DNA of 64,000 nt from Octopus sinensis (GCF_006345805.1 NC_043005.1:5084001-5148000), one strand, 5' to 3'; shown: positions 25,516-37,569, numbered from the stretch's first letter. Notes: generated from the sequence alone by a model not told the origin. Numbers and translations are program-made.

Positions 25516-25740
25516 ATTTCAACAATATTAAGGAATGGCCCTGATAGGCCATTCGACTCACCAGAAAGAGCAGCCAAACTCAAACCGCTAAATAGTAGAA
25601 ATCAAAGGAAAATTAAAAAATTAATTTTCCTTTGATTTCTGAATTACTACTATTTAGCGGTTTGAGTTTGGCTGCTCTTTCTGGTGAGTCGAATGGCCTA
25701 TCAGGGCCATTCCTTAATATTGTTGAAATTATATATATAT
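25505..25740. repeat. Near-perfect ~110-bp inverted repeat (palindrome)
   Basis: Arms are exact reverse complements except an 8-nt insertion (GAATTACT, 25641-25648); 4-nt AAAA loop; (TA)n flanks. Confidence 0.95.
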
Positions 25741-25824
25741 AGTCTGTGACTATTTTCTCTTTCTCACTAGACCGCTGGTGGCGGAAAAAAATTTCTATTG
25801 AATTTTTTGCTACCCTTATATTGA

Positions 25825-25871
<47 letters not shown>

Positions 25872-26384
25872 AAAATAGAGATAATTGAATTAGAGTAATA
25901 ATTATTTATTAATTACAAAATTGGACATCATCTCTGACTGCTGTTTCGATTCAAGACTAAAAGTTCTTCAAGGCGATGCTCCAGTATGGTTGCAGTCTAA
26001 TGAGTGAAACAAGTAAATTATAGATTATGCTTCAGTTTGGATCGCAAAGCCATGCAGATTTGTTCTCAGCCCTTTCCTCCTGACTAAGAGATAAAAAAAT
26101 GTTTTTTTCAATCTCAGCATCATTGCTATATTTAGAAGTTGTAACAGTAAATATCATTTATTGTTTATATTGGTCCCTTAGGGATTTCTACACTCCTTGT
26201 TACCCCCACCTTTCAGCACACGTACACACACACGATCACATACACGGCACATACACCCAGGTATACATACACCTACAGGCAGACACGCACGCGAACACAC
26301 ACACAGGGGCACTCGTATTCACACGCACACACACATTTATACATACGTGCACGCTCGCGCGTACACATCTCTGTTGCTCATCAT

Positions 26385-26632
26385 CATGAGGGAACTTCTC
26401 AGTGCGATCGCTCCACTTCCAGAAATAACAACCACATACCCTTCAAATCACAGTCTACTATCTTAAAATGAAATGGCACCTTAGATAATTGTAGTCCAAG
26501 CACACCATGTCTGACCCAATAGATCTATAATCAAATGCTTTTTGTTATTCACAAATGGAACTAATTTGCATTAAAAATTGTCTCAGCCCAAAACGACCCG
26601 GGACTAAGCAACATACCATCACCAACAACAAA
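26385..26632 (+). mobile_element. Degraded retroposon family D with (AAC)n-type tail
   Basis: CCAGAAATAACAACC..TCAAATCAC..GTAGTCC..GACCCGGGACTAAGCAAC; related pieces at 42670-42765 and 45580-45697. Confidence 0.5.
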
Positions 26633-28899
26633 AATACACGAAGGCATCGCGCTCACGCGCACATATACACGCATACGTCTTTTCTTTTTATCTTTTACCT
26701 GTTTCAGTTTTTGACTGCGGCTTTAAAGGTTTAGTCGACCCCAGGACTAAACTTGATTTAAATCTGCTGTTTATTCTACCCGTCTCTTTTTGTTAGACTT
26801 TGGTTGGCCTGCGGCTGTAGTAAAGGACGCTTGCCCAATATATTGCGCAGTGGGACTGAACCCAAGACCACCACAAGCTTCTTAACTACATACATACTTA
26901 CATTATCTGCCTGTCTGTCTATCTATCTATCTCTGTGTACACACACACAGTTTTCCTTGTAAAACGCTGCTAAAATGTATAGAGTAATCTTTTATAGTTT
27001 AATGCTGGGCTTCTACACAGTTTCCGTGTACCAAATTCACTAGCGAAGTCAAGGACCGGTCTGGGGTTATAGTAGGGAATGCTTGCCTAAAGTGGTGTGC
27101 AGTGGGACGGAACCTGAAAACGCATGGTTGTGAAGCTTACTTGCTCATCATACAGCCATGGTTTATTAGCATACATTGAAACATACACACACTAGAATAT
27201 TAAATTAAATTCTGCAAACTAGAAATATTGAGAAATAAACTTTGGAAATTATTAATGTTAGCTCAGGCATGGCTGTATGGTTATACACTGCTGGTTTGTT
27301 TACAATATCATAACTTAGTGGTTCGTTTAAAGAAATCGATATAATGTTTAACTCTACAAGATTTTGCCCCTACATGGCCGCAGTCCAATGACTGAGACAA
27401 GTAAAAATGAAAAAATCAAAAGTATTTAATTTTTTGTTCGATAGAGTTGAATAATTATTTTTCATTGAAAGTTTCACACTTGCCCTCAATACACATTTTT
27501 CATCCATTTTTTTATCCGTTTACTTTAATGTCTCGCTTGAAATTTTATTGTTTCGACTTCATTGAACGTTACCTTTTTTTGATATTCCAGTTTACTTACA
27601 TCCTCCCACGAAATCTTCGTCATTTCAAACAATAGTTGTATTTCGCTTTATTTTATTATCTCGTCTTTTCTCTTTTTTCCCGTTTACTTGTTCCTTTCTT
27701 AATTTCTTTCTTTCTTGCTTCACTGAATCCTATTGTTTATTGATATTTTGCACCGGAATCGGCTATCTTTGATTGACATCTCATATTATTAAATTCTAAA
27801 GAGCTTAGTTCAATTATACTAAACACTGCAGGAGATTTTTTTTAACGGAAAATCAGTGTTATTGTTGGTGGTGATGTTGCTGGGTGACTATACTGTCCAT
27901 AAATTAAACACTTAACCCCGAAGATGGACCTGACTCCCATGGTCACCGACCTATTTGATCTATTTAGTTTTACTGCTGCCTACCTATTATATTTCGCTTG
28001 TTCATGACAGGATGAACAAGAAAATAAAATAAAATAGGAAATACGGAAAATAAGATAAACTAAAAAGTAAACCGTTATCTTTTATTGAAAAGCTAATATA
28101 AACGTCACAATCAGACGAGCTTGGAATAAATTCTTCGCATCCATAATAGTGTTCAAGTGAAATACACTCCGTTTACGAAGGTGACATTCATTTAAAAGAA
28201 GAAAAGTGCGTGGTATTTCGTTTTGGACAGACTATTGTAGTTATAGTATGGCGAATGGTTAAGAAATTTGCTTTGCAACTACGTGGTTTCAGGTTCGATT
28301 CTCAACTGGGGGGAGTCGTCTTTCTTTTGTTTATTTCACTGACACGTTATAAAGTCACCGATAGTTAGTTGTTCAACCCTAGTGATCGATAAAGAAAAAG
28401 GGTGAATGGAACTTATTCTAAGCATGCTTTTGCAGATGGAGAACAACAGTTAGGTGAGGGTTTATATCAAGGTGGTCGTGGAAATGTGGGGTCCTTTGAT
28501 TGGCTCTAGATCAATGGTTTTCAACTAATTTTTGCCTATGGACCCTTTTGAGTTCTATTTTACTCTGTTGGACCTCCATACTCATTTACTTATATATATG
28601 TGTATGTGTGTGTAAATCTTACTGTATTTTTATAATTGGATATTATGGATCTAGTTGGTTTGGCTGCCAGCATTTCAAAAATTGAAGTTTATTGAAAATT
28701 TTTTAATTTGGCACATTAATATACTTTTCCAAGCTGAATTGCTGGAGTTATCTCACTTTTCCAGAAAAATGTTTTTAAAAAGCTATAGAGGTTTAAAGTT
28801 TGATCATTTTCACCCAGTCAGGAAACAAGATTTGGAAGCAGTCATTTTGTGCGTGACGGCACATGTCAACATTCTGAAATTAGCATGTGTTTTTATATG

Positions 28900-29525
28900 A
28901 AGAAGCTTCCAAACCACATAGTTCTAGGTTCAGTCCCACTGCGTAGCAGCTTGGGCAAGTGTTTTTTACTATAGCCTCGGGGCAACCGAAGCCTTATGAG
29001 TGGATTTGGTGGATCTAGTATTTTTCATTCGCAGATGCTAAACTATAATAAATTCCACAGGTACAACCTTAAAGTTGACACTGCTCTGCTAAACGCAGAA
29101 AATTTCTATATCGCTATTGGCTAAAAATACAGTTTTCATGATTATTAAATCTCTGTAACTTTTTCCTCCACAACATCATACCTTCATAGCAATTACACTG
29201 GAAGACTATATTATTATAGCCAATTTTCAGATTTTTTACTGTCTTTTAAAATGCATATTTTGCGAATGAAAAAAACTAGATCCGGTTTGGTAGATGGAAA
29301 CCAAAAGAAGCCTGTCGTGTGTGTGTGTGTGTGTGTGTATTTGTCCCTGTACTGTCGCTTGACAACCGATGCTGGTGTGTTTACATCCCCTGTAACTTAG
29401 TGGTTTGGCAAAAGAGACCAATAGAATAAGTACCAGGCTTACAAAGAATAAGTCCTGGGGTCGATTTGTTCGACTAAAAGTGGTGCTCCAACATGGCCGC
29501 AGTCAAATGACTGATACAAGTAAAA
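28900..29525 (+). mobile_element. SINE family A interrupted by a MITE
   Basis: 5' half ends GAGTGGATTTGGT (29010); resumes GGTTTGGTAGATGGAAAC (29284). Confidence 0.85.
29011..29283. mobile_element. MITE with 23-bp TIR and 8-bp TSD (Merlin-like)
   Basis: TIR GGATCTAGTATTTTTCATTCGCA / TGCGAATGAAAAAAACTAGATCC (1 mismatch); TSD GATTTGGT / GGTTTGGT. Confidence 0.8.
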
Positions 29526-30429
29526 TTAAGTGAAAGAAATCAAATTCTGCTTAACGTATGACATAACTTCTTTAAAATTTGGAATTTTCAGAAAAATTTT
29601 GTGAATTTATACTCTATTCACAGGTATTCATATGATTATGCAAAAAAAATTTTAATGGTGGGGCGTGATTTAAGGCGTATTTAGCTGTTATTTTTCGCAT
29701 ATCTTGTGACCAGGGCACAAGTAACAAAACACACCGCCGACGCACGTGGCATCGCGTAGAATAAATATATATAGGTCAACACACGTGCTTTCTTGCTGAC
29801 AAAAGAGTTCTCATGTTTGGCTTGTTACTATGGAAACAGGTATGAATGTGCTTGTGGCTTACGATTGGCCTATATATCTATTGATATATATAATGTATGT
29901 ATGTTGGTTACAGCAACAGAATCTGTGTGGTCTGTGTTTTTAAAAATGGTATTTATAAATAAAGTGTAAAGTTTCTTAAGTTTGAATGCTCCATTGGCAA
30001 AGAGAGTTGCTGAGTTTTCAGGGATTGAGAAAAGATTTCTTTCATCATTGGAGAGGATTGAAAAATGACTGGAAATACCAGAGAACTAATCCTTTGTGCA
30101 TGAGTGGGAGAGAAGGAGTGGCAGAGGAAGGAGGAAGAGAGCTAGAGAGCAAGGGAGAGGAGGGGTAGAGAAAGAGGGAAGAGAAGGAAGGAGAATTGGG
30201 GGGGGGGAGATATGAAGAGAATTTAAAAGGATTTGTGATATGATGAGAGTGCTGGTGGAGGTGGAGAGAACATAAAAAAAAAAGACACAGGAAGAATAGG
30301 GAGTAGATGGGGTCAGAACAAGAAGAGGAAGGGTACTGGACAGTTCGAAGAGGGAAGGGGTTATTTTTGTTGACCAGGTCAATGACCATCAAAAGCATCT
30401 TGTTATTAGTTTCTTTCTCTTGCTCAGCT

Positions 30430-30487
30430 GTATCACACACACACATACACATGCACACACACATACACACGCACATACGCACGCACG

Positions 30488-30573
<86 letters not shown>
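30430..30573. repeat. (CA)n-(CT)n-(CA)n compound microsatellite
   Basis: Direct reading. Confidence 0.95.
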
Positions 30574-30576
<3 letters not shown>

Positions 30577-30699
30577 TATCTTTTATCTTTTACTTGTTTC
30601 AGTCATCAGTGTTGGGGCACCACTGGCTTGAATTATAGTCAATCAACCCCAGCAATAATTTTTTAAAAACCAGTATTTAAAAAAATATATATATTTGTG

Positions 30700-30915
30700 T
30701 GTGTGTCATTGTGTCCGTGTTGTCCCTACCACTGCTTGACAGCTGGTGTTGGTGTATTTACATCCTCTGTAACTTAGTAGTTTGTCAAAAAATCTGATAG
30801 AATAATACCAGGCTTAAAACAAAAAGTTCTGGAGTTAGTTTGTGTGACTAACATTCTTGCAGGTGGTGCCCCAGTATGGCAACAATCTGATGACTGAAAC
30901 AAGTGAAAGATAAAG
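30700..30915 (+). mobile_element. 3' half of SINE family A abutting the satellite
   Basis: GCTTGACAGCTGGTGTTGGTG..TGACTGAAACAAGTGAAAGATAAAG. Confidence 0.8.
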
Positions 30916-33266
30916 AAGTTAAAAAAAAAGATGATGAGTTCACTTGTTTCAGGGAAAGGTAAAGATAGTCAAAGAAAGATAAAGAAGTTAAAAAAAAGAT
31001 GATGAGTTCACTTGTTTCAGGGAAAGGTAAAGATAGTCAAAGAAAGATAAAGAAGTTAAAAAAAAGATGATGAGTTCACTTGTTTCAGGGAAAGGTAAAG
31101 ATAGTCAAAGAAAGATAAAGAAGTTAAAAAAAAAAAAATGATGAGTTCACTTGTTTCAGGGAAAGGTAAAGATAGTCAAAGAAAGATAAAGAAGTTAAAA
31201 AAAAAGATGATGAGTTCACTTGTTTCAGGGAAAGGTAAAGATAGTCAAAGAAAGATAAAGAAGTTCAAAAAAAAGATGATGAGTTCACTTGTTTCAGGGA
31301 AAGGTAAAGATAGTCAAAGAAAGATAAAGAAGTTAAAAAAAAAGATGATGAGTTCACTTGTTTCAGGGAAAGGTAAAGATAGTCAAAGAAAGATAAAGAA
31401 GTTCAAAAAAAAGATGATGAGTTCACTTGTTTCAGGGAAAGGTAAAGATAGTCAAAGAAAGATAAAGAAGTTCAAAAAAAAGATGATGAGTTCACTTGTT
31501 TCAGGGAAAGGTAAAGATAGTCAAAGAAAGATAAAAAGTTCAAAAAAAGATGATGAGTTCACTTGTTTCAGGGAAAGGTAAAGATAGTCAAAGAAAGATA
31601 AAGAAGTTAAAAAAAAGATGATGAGTTCACTTGTTTCAGGGAAAGGTAAAGATAGTCAAAGAAAGATAAAGAAGTTAAAAAAAAAGATGATGAGTTCACT
31701 TGTTTCAGGGAAAGGTAAAGATAGTCAAAGAAAGATAAAGAAGTTAAAAAAAAAGATGATGAGTTCACTTGTTTCAGGGAAAGGTAAAGATAGTCAAAGA
31801 AAGATAAAGAAGTTAAAAAAAAAGATGATGAGTTCACTTGTTTCAGGGAAAGGTAAAGATAGTCAAAGAAAGATAAAGAAGTTAAAAAAAAGATGATGAG
31901 TTCACTTGTTTCAGGGAAAGGTAAAGATAGTCAAGAAAGATAAAGAAGTTAAAAAAAAGATGATGAGTTCACTTGTTTCAGGGAAAGGTAAAGATAGTCA
32001 AAGAAAGATAAAGAAGTTAAAAAAAAGATGATGAGTTCACTTGTTTCAGGGAAAGGTAAAGATAGTCAAAGAAAGAAAAGAAGTTAAAAAAAAAGATGAT
32101 GAGTTCACTTGTTTCAGGGAAAGGTAAAGATAGTCAAAGAAAGATAAAGAAGTTAAAAAAAAAGATGATGAGTTCACTTGTTTCAGGGAAAGGTAAAGAT
32201 AGTCAAAGAAAGATAAAGAAGTTAAAAAAAAAGATGAGTTCACTTGTTTCAGGGAAAGGTAAAGATAGTCAAAGAAAGATAAAGAAGTTAAAAAAAAAGA
32301 TGATGAGTTCACTTGTTTCAGGGAAAGGTAAAGATAGTCAAAGAAGATAAAGAAGTTCAAAAAAAAGATGATGAGTTCACTTGTTTCAGGGAAGGTAAAG
32401 ATAGTCAAAGAAAGATAAAGAAGTTAAAAAAAAGATGATGAGTTCACTTGTTTCAGGGAAAGGTAAAGATAGTCAAAGAAAGATAAAGAAGTTAAAAAAA
32501 AGATGATGAGTTCACTTGTTTCAGGGAAAGGTAAAGATAGTCAAAGAAAGATAAAGAAGTTAAAAAAAAAGATGATGAGTTCACTTGTTTCAGGAAAGGT
32601 AAAGATAGTCAAAGAAGATAAAGAAGTTAAAAAAAAAAGATGATGAGTTCACTTGTTTCAGGGAAAGGTAAAGATAGTCAAAGAAAGATAAAGAAGTTAA
32701 AAAAAAAGATGATGAGTTCACTTGTTTCAGGGAAAGGTAAAGATAGTCAAGAAAGATAAAGAAGTTAAAAAAAAAGATGATGAGTTCACTTGTTTCAGGG
32801 AAAGGTAAAGATAGTCAAAGAAAGATAAAGAAGTTAAAAAAAAGATGATGAGTTCACTTGTTTCAGGAAAGGTAAAGATAGTCAAAGAAAGATAAAGAAG
32901 TTCAAAAAAAAGATGATGAGTTCACTTGTTTCAGGAAAGGTAAAGATAGTCAAAGAAAGATAAAAAAGTTAAAAAAAAGATGTGATTTCACTTGTTTCAG
33001 GGAAAGGTAAAGATAGTCAAAGAAAGATAAAGAAGTTAAAAAAAAGATGATGAGTTCACTTGTTTCAGGGAAAGGTAAAGATAGTCAAAGAAAGATAAAG
33101 AAGTTAAAAAAAAAGATGATGAGTTCACTTGTTTCAGGGAAAGGTAAAGATAGTCAAAGAAAGATAAAGAAGTTAAAAAAAAAGATGATGAGTTCACTTG
33201 TTTCAGGGAAAGGTAAAGATAGTCAAAGAAAGATAAAGAAGTTAAAAAAAAATGACGATTTCACTT
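30906..33266. repeat. Homogeneous 69-bp tandem repeat, about 34 copies
   Basis: Unit GATGATGAGTTCACTTGTTTCAGGGAAAGGTAAAGATAGTCAAAGAAAGATAAAGAAGTT(A)9; variation mostly in homopolymer length plus a TT/TTC variant. Confidence 0.97.
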
Positions 33267-33284
33267 GGGCATAGTGATACTAAT

Positions 33285-33606
33285 AACATCATCGTCGTTT
33301 AACGTCCATTTTCCCTGCTAGCACGGGTTGGACGGTTCAACTGGGGTCTGGGAAGCCAGGAGGCTGCCCCAGGCTCCAGTCTGATCTGGCAATGTTTCTA
33401 CAGCTGGATGCCCTTCCTAACACCAACCACTCCGTAAGTGTTGTGGGTGCTGTTTACGTGCCACCGGCACAGGTGCCAAGGGAGGCTGGCAGCGGCCACG
33501 ATCGGTTGGTGCTTTTTACATGCCACCACCTTGACTGGCTTCTGTGCCGGTGGCATGTAAAAAGCACCAACCGATCGTGGCCGCTGCCAGCCTCCCTTGG
33601 CACCTG
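33285..33606 (-). mobile_element. RTE-tail repeat with an inverted 5' segment forming a 58-bp perfect hairpin
   Basis: Tail CATCATCGTCGTTTAACG at 33286; arms 33470-33527 and 33549-33606 are exact reverse complements. Confidence 0.9.
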
Positions 33607-33699
33607 AAACAAGTAACAGATAAAAGATAAAGACTGACAGAAAGGAAGAAAGAAAAAACACAAGGGGACACTAAATTGATAGGTGAAATAACCATCAGA

Positions 33700-34240
33700 G
33701 ATGCTTTACCTCATACAGAAACTGCAGGAGCCACTCAGAGGTTGCACACTCTTCTGAAGCCATTGTTTTATCGGAAACCATCCTGTATCATCAGCAGGTG
33801 GTCTCAGAGCTGCAAGTGTTTCACCCCTTAACCTGTACACTTTGCCTGAGTGGAGCAGCAAAGGCTTCCACTTGTTGTTTCTTGCCAATCAGAGCCACAT
33901 TGTGCTTGTTTCAGCTGCTGTTATCTTCTCGGTGGCTTTCTTTAATAGCCTGCATTCCAGATCTATCTTCAGTAGGAAATAGCAGCACACTGATCTGGCT
34001 GGAAAACAAATGGCTGCTGACTTCAATGGTGAATGAGGCTGCATGCCATCACTTGACAAGGGCCTCATCAACTAAGGCTTGATAGTTGTTTGTTTTCTCT
34101 CTGGTGGAAAACATCAAGTGTATCCTCCCAGAGCACTGTGAGTTTGACCATGATGATTGTTTTTATACTTCTGGAGAGCAGGAACATGTTTGGTCAGGGT
34201 GGTGTTACCACTATCTTAACTGGGGGGAAAAAGGCTGCCC
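33700..34240 (-). mobile_element. Degraded 3' fragment of RLE-clade retrotransposon (HERO/NeSL-like)
   Basis: Minus strand PNMFLLSRSIKTIIMVKLTVLWE..HQRE..YQALVDE..WHAASFTIEVS resembles PD..ELTVPWE..ERK..KY..GW..IEVG of RLE domains; stops and a frameshift. Confidence 0.6.
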
Positions 34241-34554
34241 TTCAGCCAACATTTACTTGAAGAAATCTGAAGTAAAGTATATATGCTTATAGTCAACTGA
34301 ATAGCTATTTTCAACTTATCTGATGGATAGGATTCCAAAATGGTTAATTCTTATTAATCTATTGTTAATGTTTTTGTTGAAGAATGTGGAAAAAGTATGA
34401 TGACTTCTCTTAGGTTTTACAGATGCACAAACAGACAAGAGATGGTGGGCCATTGGAATAGGGTTCGTGAGAAGGATGTATGTACTATGTGAATTTGAAC
34501 ATTTTGATTTTGGCCTTGGGCCTTAACAGGCACCAATTGATATTTGTGTATCAC

Positions 34555-34555
34555 C

Positions 34556-34595
<40 letters not shown>

Positions 34596-34773
34596 GTGTG
34601 TGTGTGTGTATGTATGTATATATATATATGTATGTATATATCTTTATTTTTATTTTTCTGTTCTATAAAACACAAAAAAAACAACCACATTGTTATGACT
34701 TTTAAATCTCTGTTCAACTTCATTGAGATAATGCTTCAAAATAACCTGTAATATATATGTGTATGTGTACATA

Positions 34774-34854
<81 letters not shown>

Positions 34855-34996
34855 CATACATGTGTATATATGTGTTCAACCCGTGCTAGCGTGGAAAACG
34901 GACGTTAAACGATGATGATGATGATGATATATATATATATATTTACATATGTGTGTATGTATATATATACACACACATTTGCATGTGTGTATGTGC

Positions 34997-35039
<43 letters not shown>

Positions 35040-35325
35040 ATATAAAATATACATACATAGACACATGCAATGTGTGTGTCTGACGTTTGTTGAGGACTAT
35101 CATATTAAGTAACAGACGACATGGAGTGAATGAGATTGCTCTCGAAATAAAACGAAATATCAGAGGACACACAGTAAACTTTTCACAATATTACAATGAC
35201 ACGCATGTATACACACACACATATGTAAATATACATATATACATACACACACACACGTGTTTTTGAATGTATATGCATATGTACGTAAGAAGATATGTGT
35301 ATGTGTGTATATATATATATATAAT
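34555..35325. repeat. Extended (TA)n/(TG)n microsatellite field with a small RTE-tail remnant (34875-34927)
   Basis: Direct reading. Confidence 0.9.
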
Positions 35326-35839
35326 TGCTCATGACTGAAAATGGTAGCATGTTCTTTTTCTGTCTGAGAATACCAACTAATTCTTGAAGCCAAAGACTGG
35401 TCCACGAAACTTACCAAATTACCATTATTTTCAGCCACAAAATAACGACTTAAAGATTATGTATTCACTCACAGACACCACCCACCTTCATCCCACATAT
35501 TCATATTCATATAACACACACACACACACACTCACACATGCATGCACACTCTTTGGTGTTTACATAGACATATTATGTCTATATAGAGAGGTTAACGTCA
35601 GTACCATTGTACCATGATAGATGTAGACAAAATATAGAGAGGCAGGTGCATTGTTTAGGTTATGTGAACTGTCAGTAGATATAAGTACAAGTGAGACAGC
35701 TGAGTATGCTTTATTTTTAATCCCTTATTCTTTTATTTGTTTCTGTGGTTGATTTGCAGTCATGCTGGAGCACCGTCATGAAGGGTTTTAGCCAAACAAA
35801 TCAACCCCTGCACTTTTTTCTTTGTTGCTATTATAATGT

Positions 35840-36035
35840 GGTAAGCTGGCAGAATTGCTAGCATCTGGATAAGATACTTAGCAGTATTTCTTTACATTCC
35901 GAGTTCAAATTCAGCTGAGATTGACTATGCTTTTCATCCTTTTGGCGTTGATAAAACAAAGTACCAGTCAAGTACTAAGATCAATGCAATCAACTTGTTT
36001 CCTTTCCTCAAAATTGCCTGGCCCTGTACCAAAAT
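35840..36035 (+). mobile_element. SINE family B
   Basis: GCTGGCAGAATTG..CCGAGTTCAAATTC..TTTCATCC..AAGTACCAGTC. Confidence 0.8.
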
Positions 36036-36145
36036 TAGGGAAGATCACAAACCTTTTTGGTTGATGAGATACTGTGACATTGCTGAAGACTATGTATTTG
36101 GATTGGCTTTTGTGCCATAACTATAGAATTAATGTTTCCTAGAAA

Positions 36146-36299
36146 TACTAGTGTAGCTGGGGTGGGTGGGTGTAGGAGTGGTCCGCCCTGGGTGGCACTT
36201 TTGGGTCTGCTGTAGTCAATATGTGTTTTTTTGTGGTGTCTGGGGGCAGCAAACAGAAAGGCTTCCCTGGGCAGCACACTCACTCTAGCTACACTAGTG
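36146..36299. mobile_element. hAT-type MITE (154 bp)
   Basis: TIR TACTAGTGTAGCT / AGCTACACTAGTG; 8-bp TSD CCTAGAAA / CCTAGAAT. Confidence 0.7.
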
Positions 36300-36420
36300 C
36301 CTAGAATTCCCCACTGCTGCTCCTGATTCAACACAATTCCTTTTTGACATTTACCTAAGCTTGTGTGTACCAAGCTCTAATTCTGTGACACAAACTAAAT
36401 GTTAATTTATGATCCAAATG

Positions 36421-36638
36421 TAAGGCAGCAAGCTGCCAGAATTGTTAGCATGCCAGACAAATTGCTTAGTGCCATTTCATCCATCTTTATGTTCTGAGTT
36501 CAAATTCTGCTGAGCTTGACTTTGCCTTTCATCCTCTTGGGTTTGATAAAATAAGTACCAGTTGAGCACTGGGGTCGATGTAATCAATTTAACCCTTACC
36601 CTGAACTTGCTGGCCTTGTGCCAAAATTTGAAACCAGT
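36421..36638 (+). mobile_element. SINE family B inserted in a fragmented piggyBac-type MITE
   Basis: Family B motifs; flanks (36385-36420, 36640-36705, 36960-37003) match the MITE at 63030-63251. Confidence 0.75.
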
Positions 36639-37109
36639 CTGTATTCCAAACACCAGATTAATAATGAGAAAGTTATTTTACTAAATTCTTCATTATTTTC
36701 AAAATCAGGCATCTAGCATTGACAAAGATAAGGAAGGTGGAAATCATGTGATCTGGTAGTCCTGGTGGTGGCAATGGTGGTGATTGTCTTCCACTAGTAA
36801 TGTAAACAAGAGGGTTTATATGCACTACAAAACCTTATGAGAGGTTCTCTTATGGCAACTATTACAGTATTCTGTGTTCTAACATGACATTTACTTATAA
36901 GTGGTGATAAATATTACTTTTGGTGTTAATACTGTCTCTGTTGCTATTAATTATTTTTTAAAGGCAGTTTATTTCAGCAAAAATATGGTAACAAAAGGGT
37001 TAAACAGACCTATGTCAAAAGGTATCCCCACCATGACCATCCAGTCATTTTTATTTAACATCAATAAATCCCACACTATATCATCTAATGATGGTAGGGT
37101 GTAATTTAA

Positions 37110-37352
37110 CCCTTCTGATATCAACCTGCCTGAGACCATCCTTGGTTCTATGATACAAATTTCTTGTTCTAAAGTGATCTAAATTTAAAAACAGACCTTC
37201 CCTCAAAACTTCATGTTAATTTATGTTGGTAAATTAATTTCATGTTAATTTACTAAATTTGTCACTATTTTGCTAAATTTACTAAATTCTTTCATTATTA
37301 CTAAATTTTTCATTATTTCAAAGTTTATTGCAGCCAAGGCATAACAAAAGGG
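37110..37352. mobile_element. piggyBac-type MITE, degraded
   Basis: TTAA-CCCTT..ACAAAAGGG-TTAT; homologous to 63030-63251. Confidence 0.7.
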
Positions 37353-37569
37353 TTATGATGCAAAGTGTTTAATAATTAATTAATAATTCTAGCAGGTTAA
37401 TTGTGGACATCACAACATACTTCAGAATATGGAAACTAAAATAAATCCAAATTACATAAAATAAATATTTAAATAAACAAATAAAAAAAAATCAAGAACA
37501 AAACAAAACCAATAACAAAGTTAGCATGGTGATTTGTCTTTCAAGCTTTTCTTTGTTCTTATTCATATG

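Noticed and set aside
31138-33274. Lys-rich ORFs (MMSSLVSGKGKDSQRKIKKLKKK)n
   Set aside because: Translations of the 69-bp satellite; frames break at homopolymer indels and there is no synonymous-site variation
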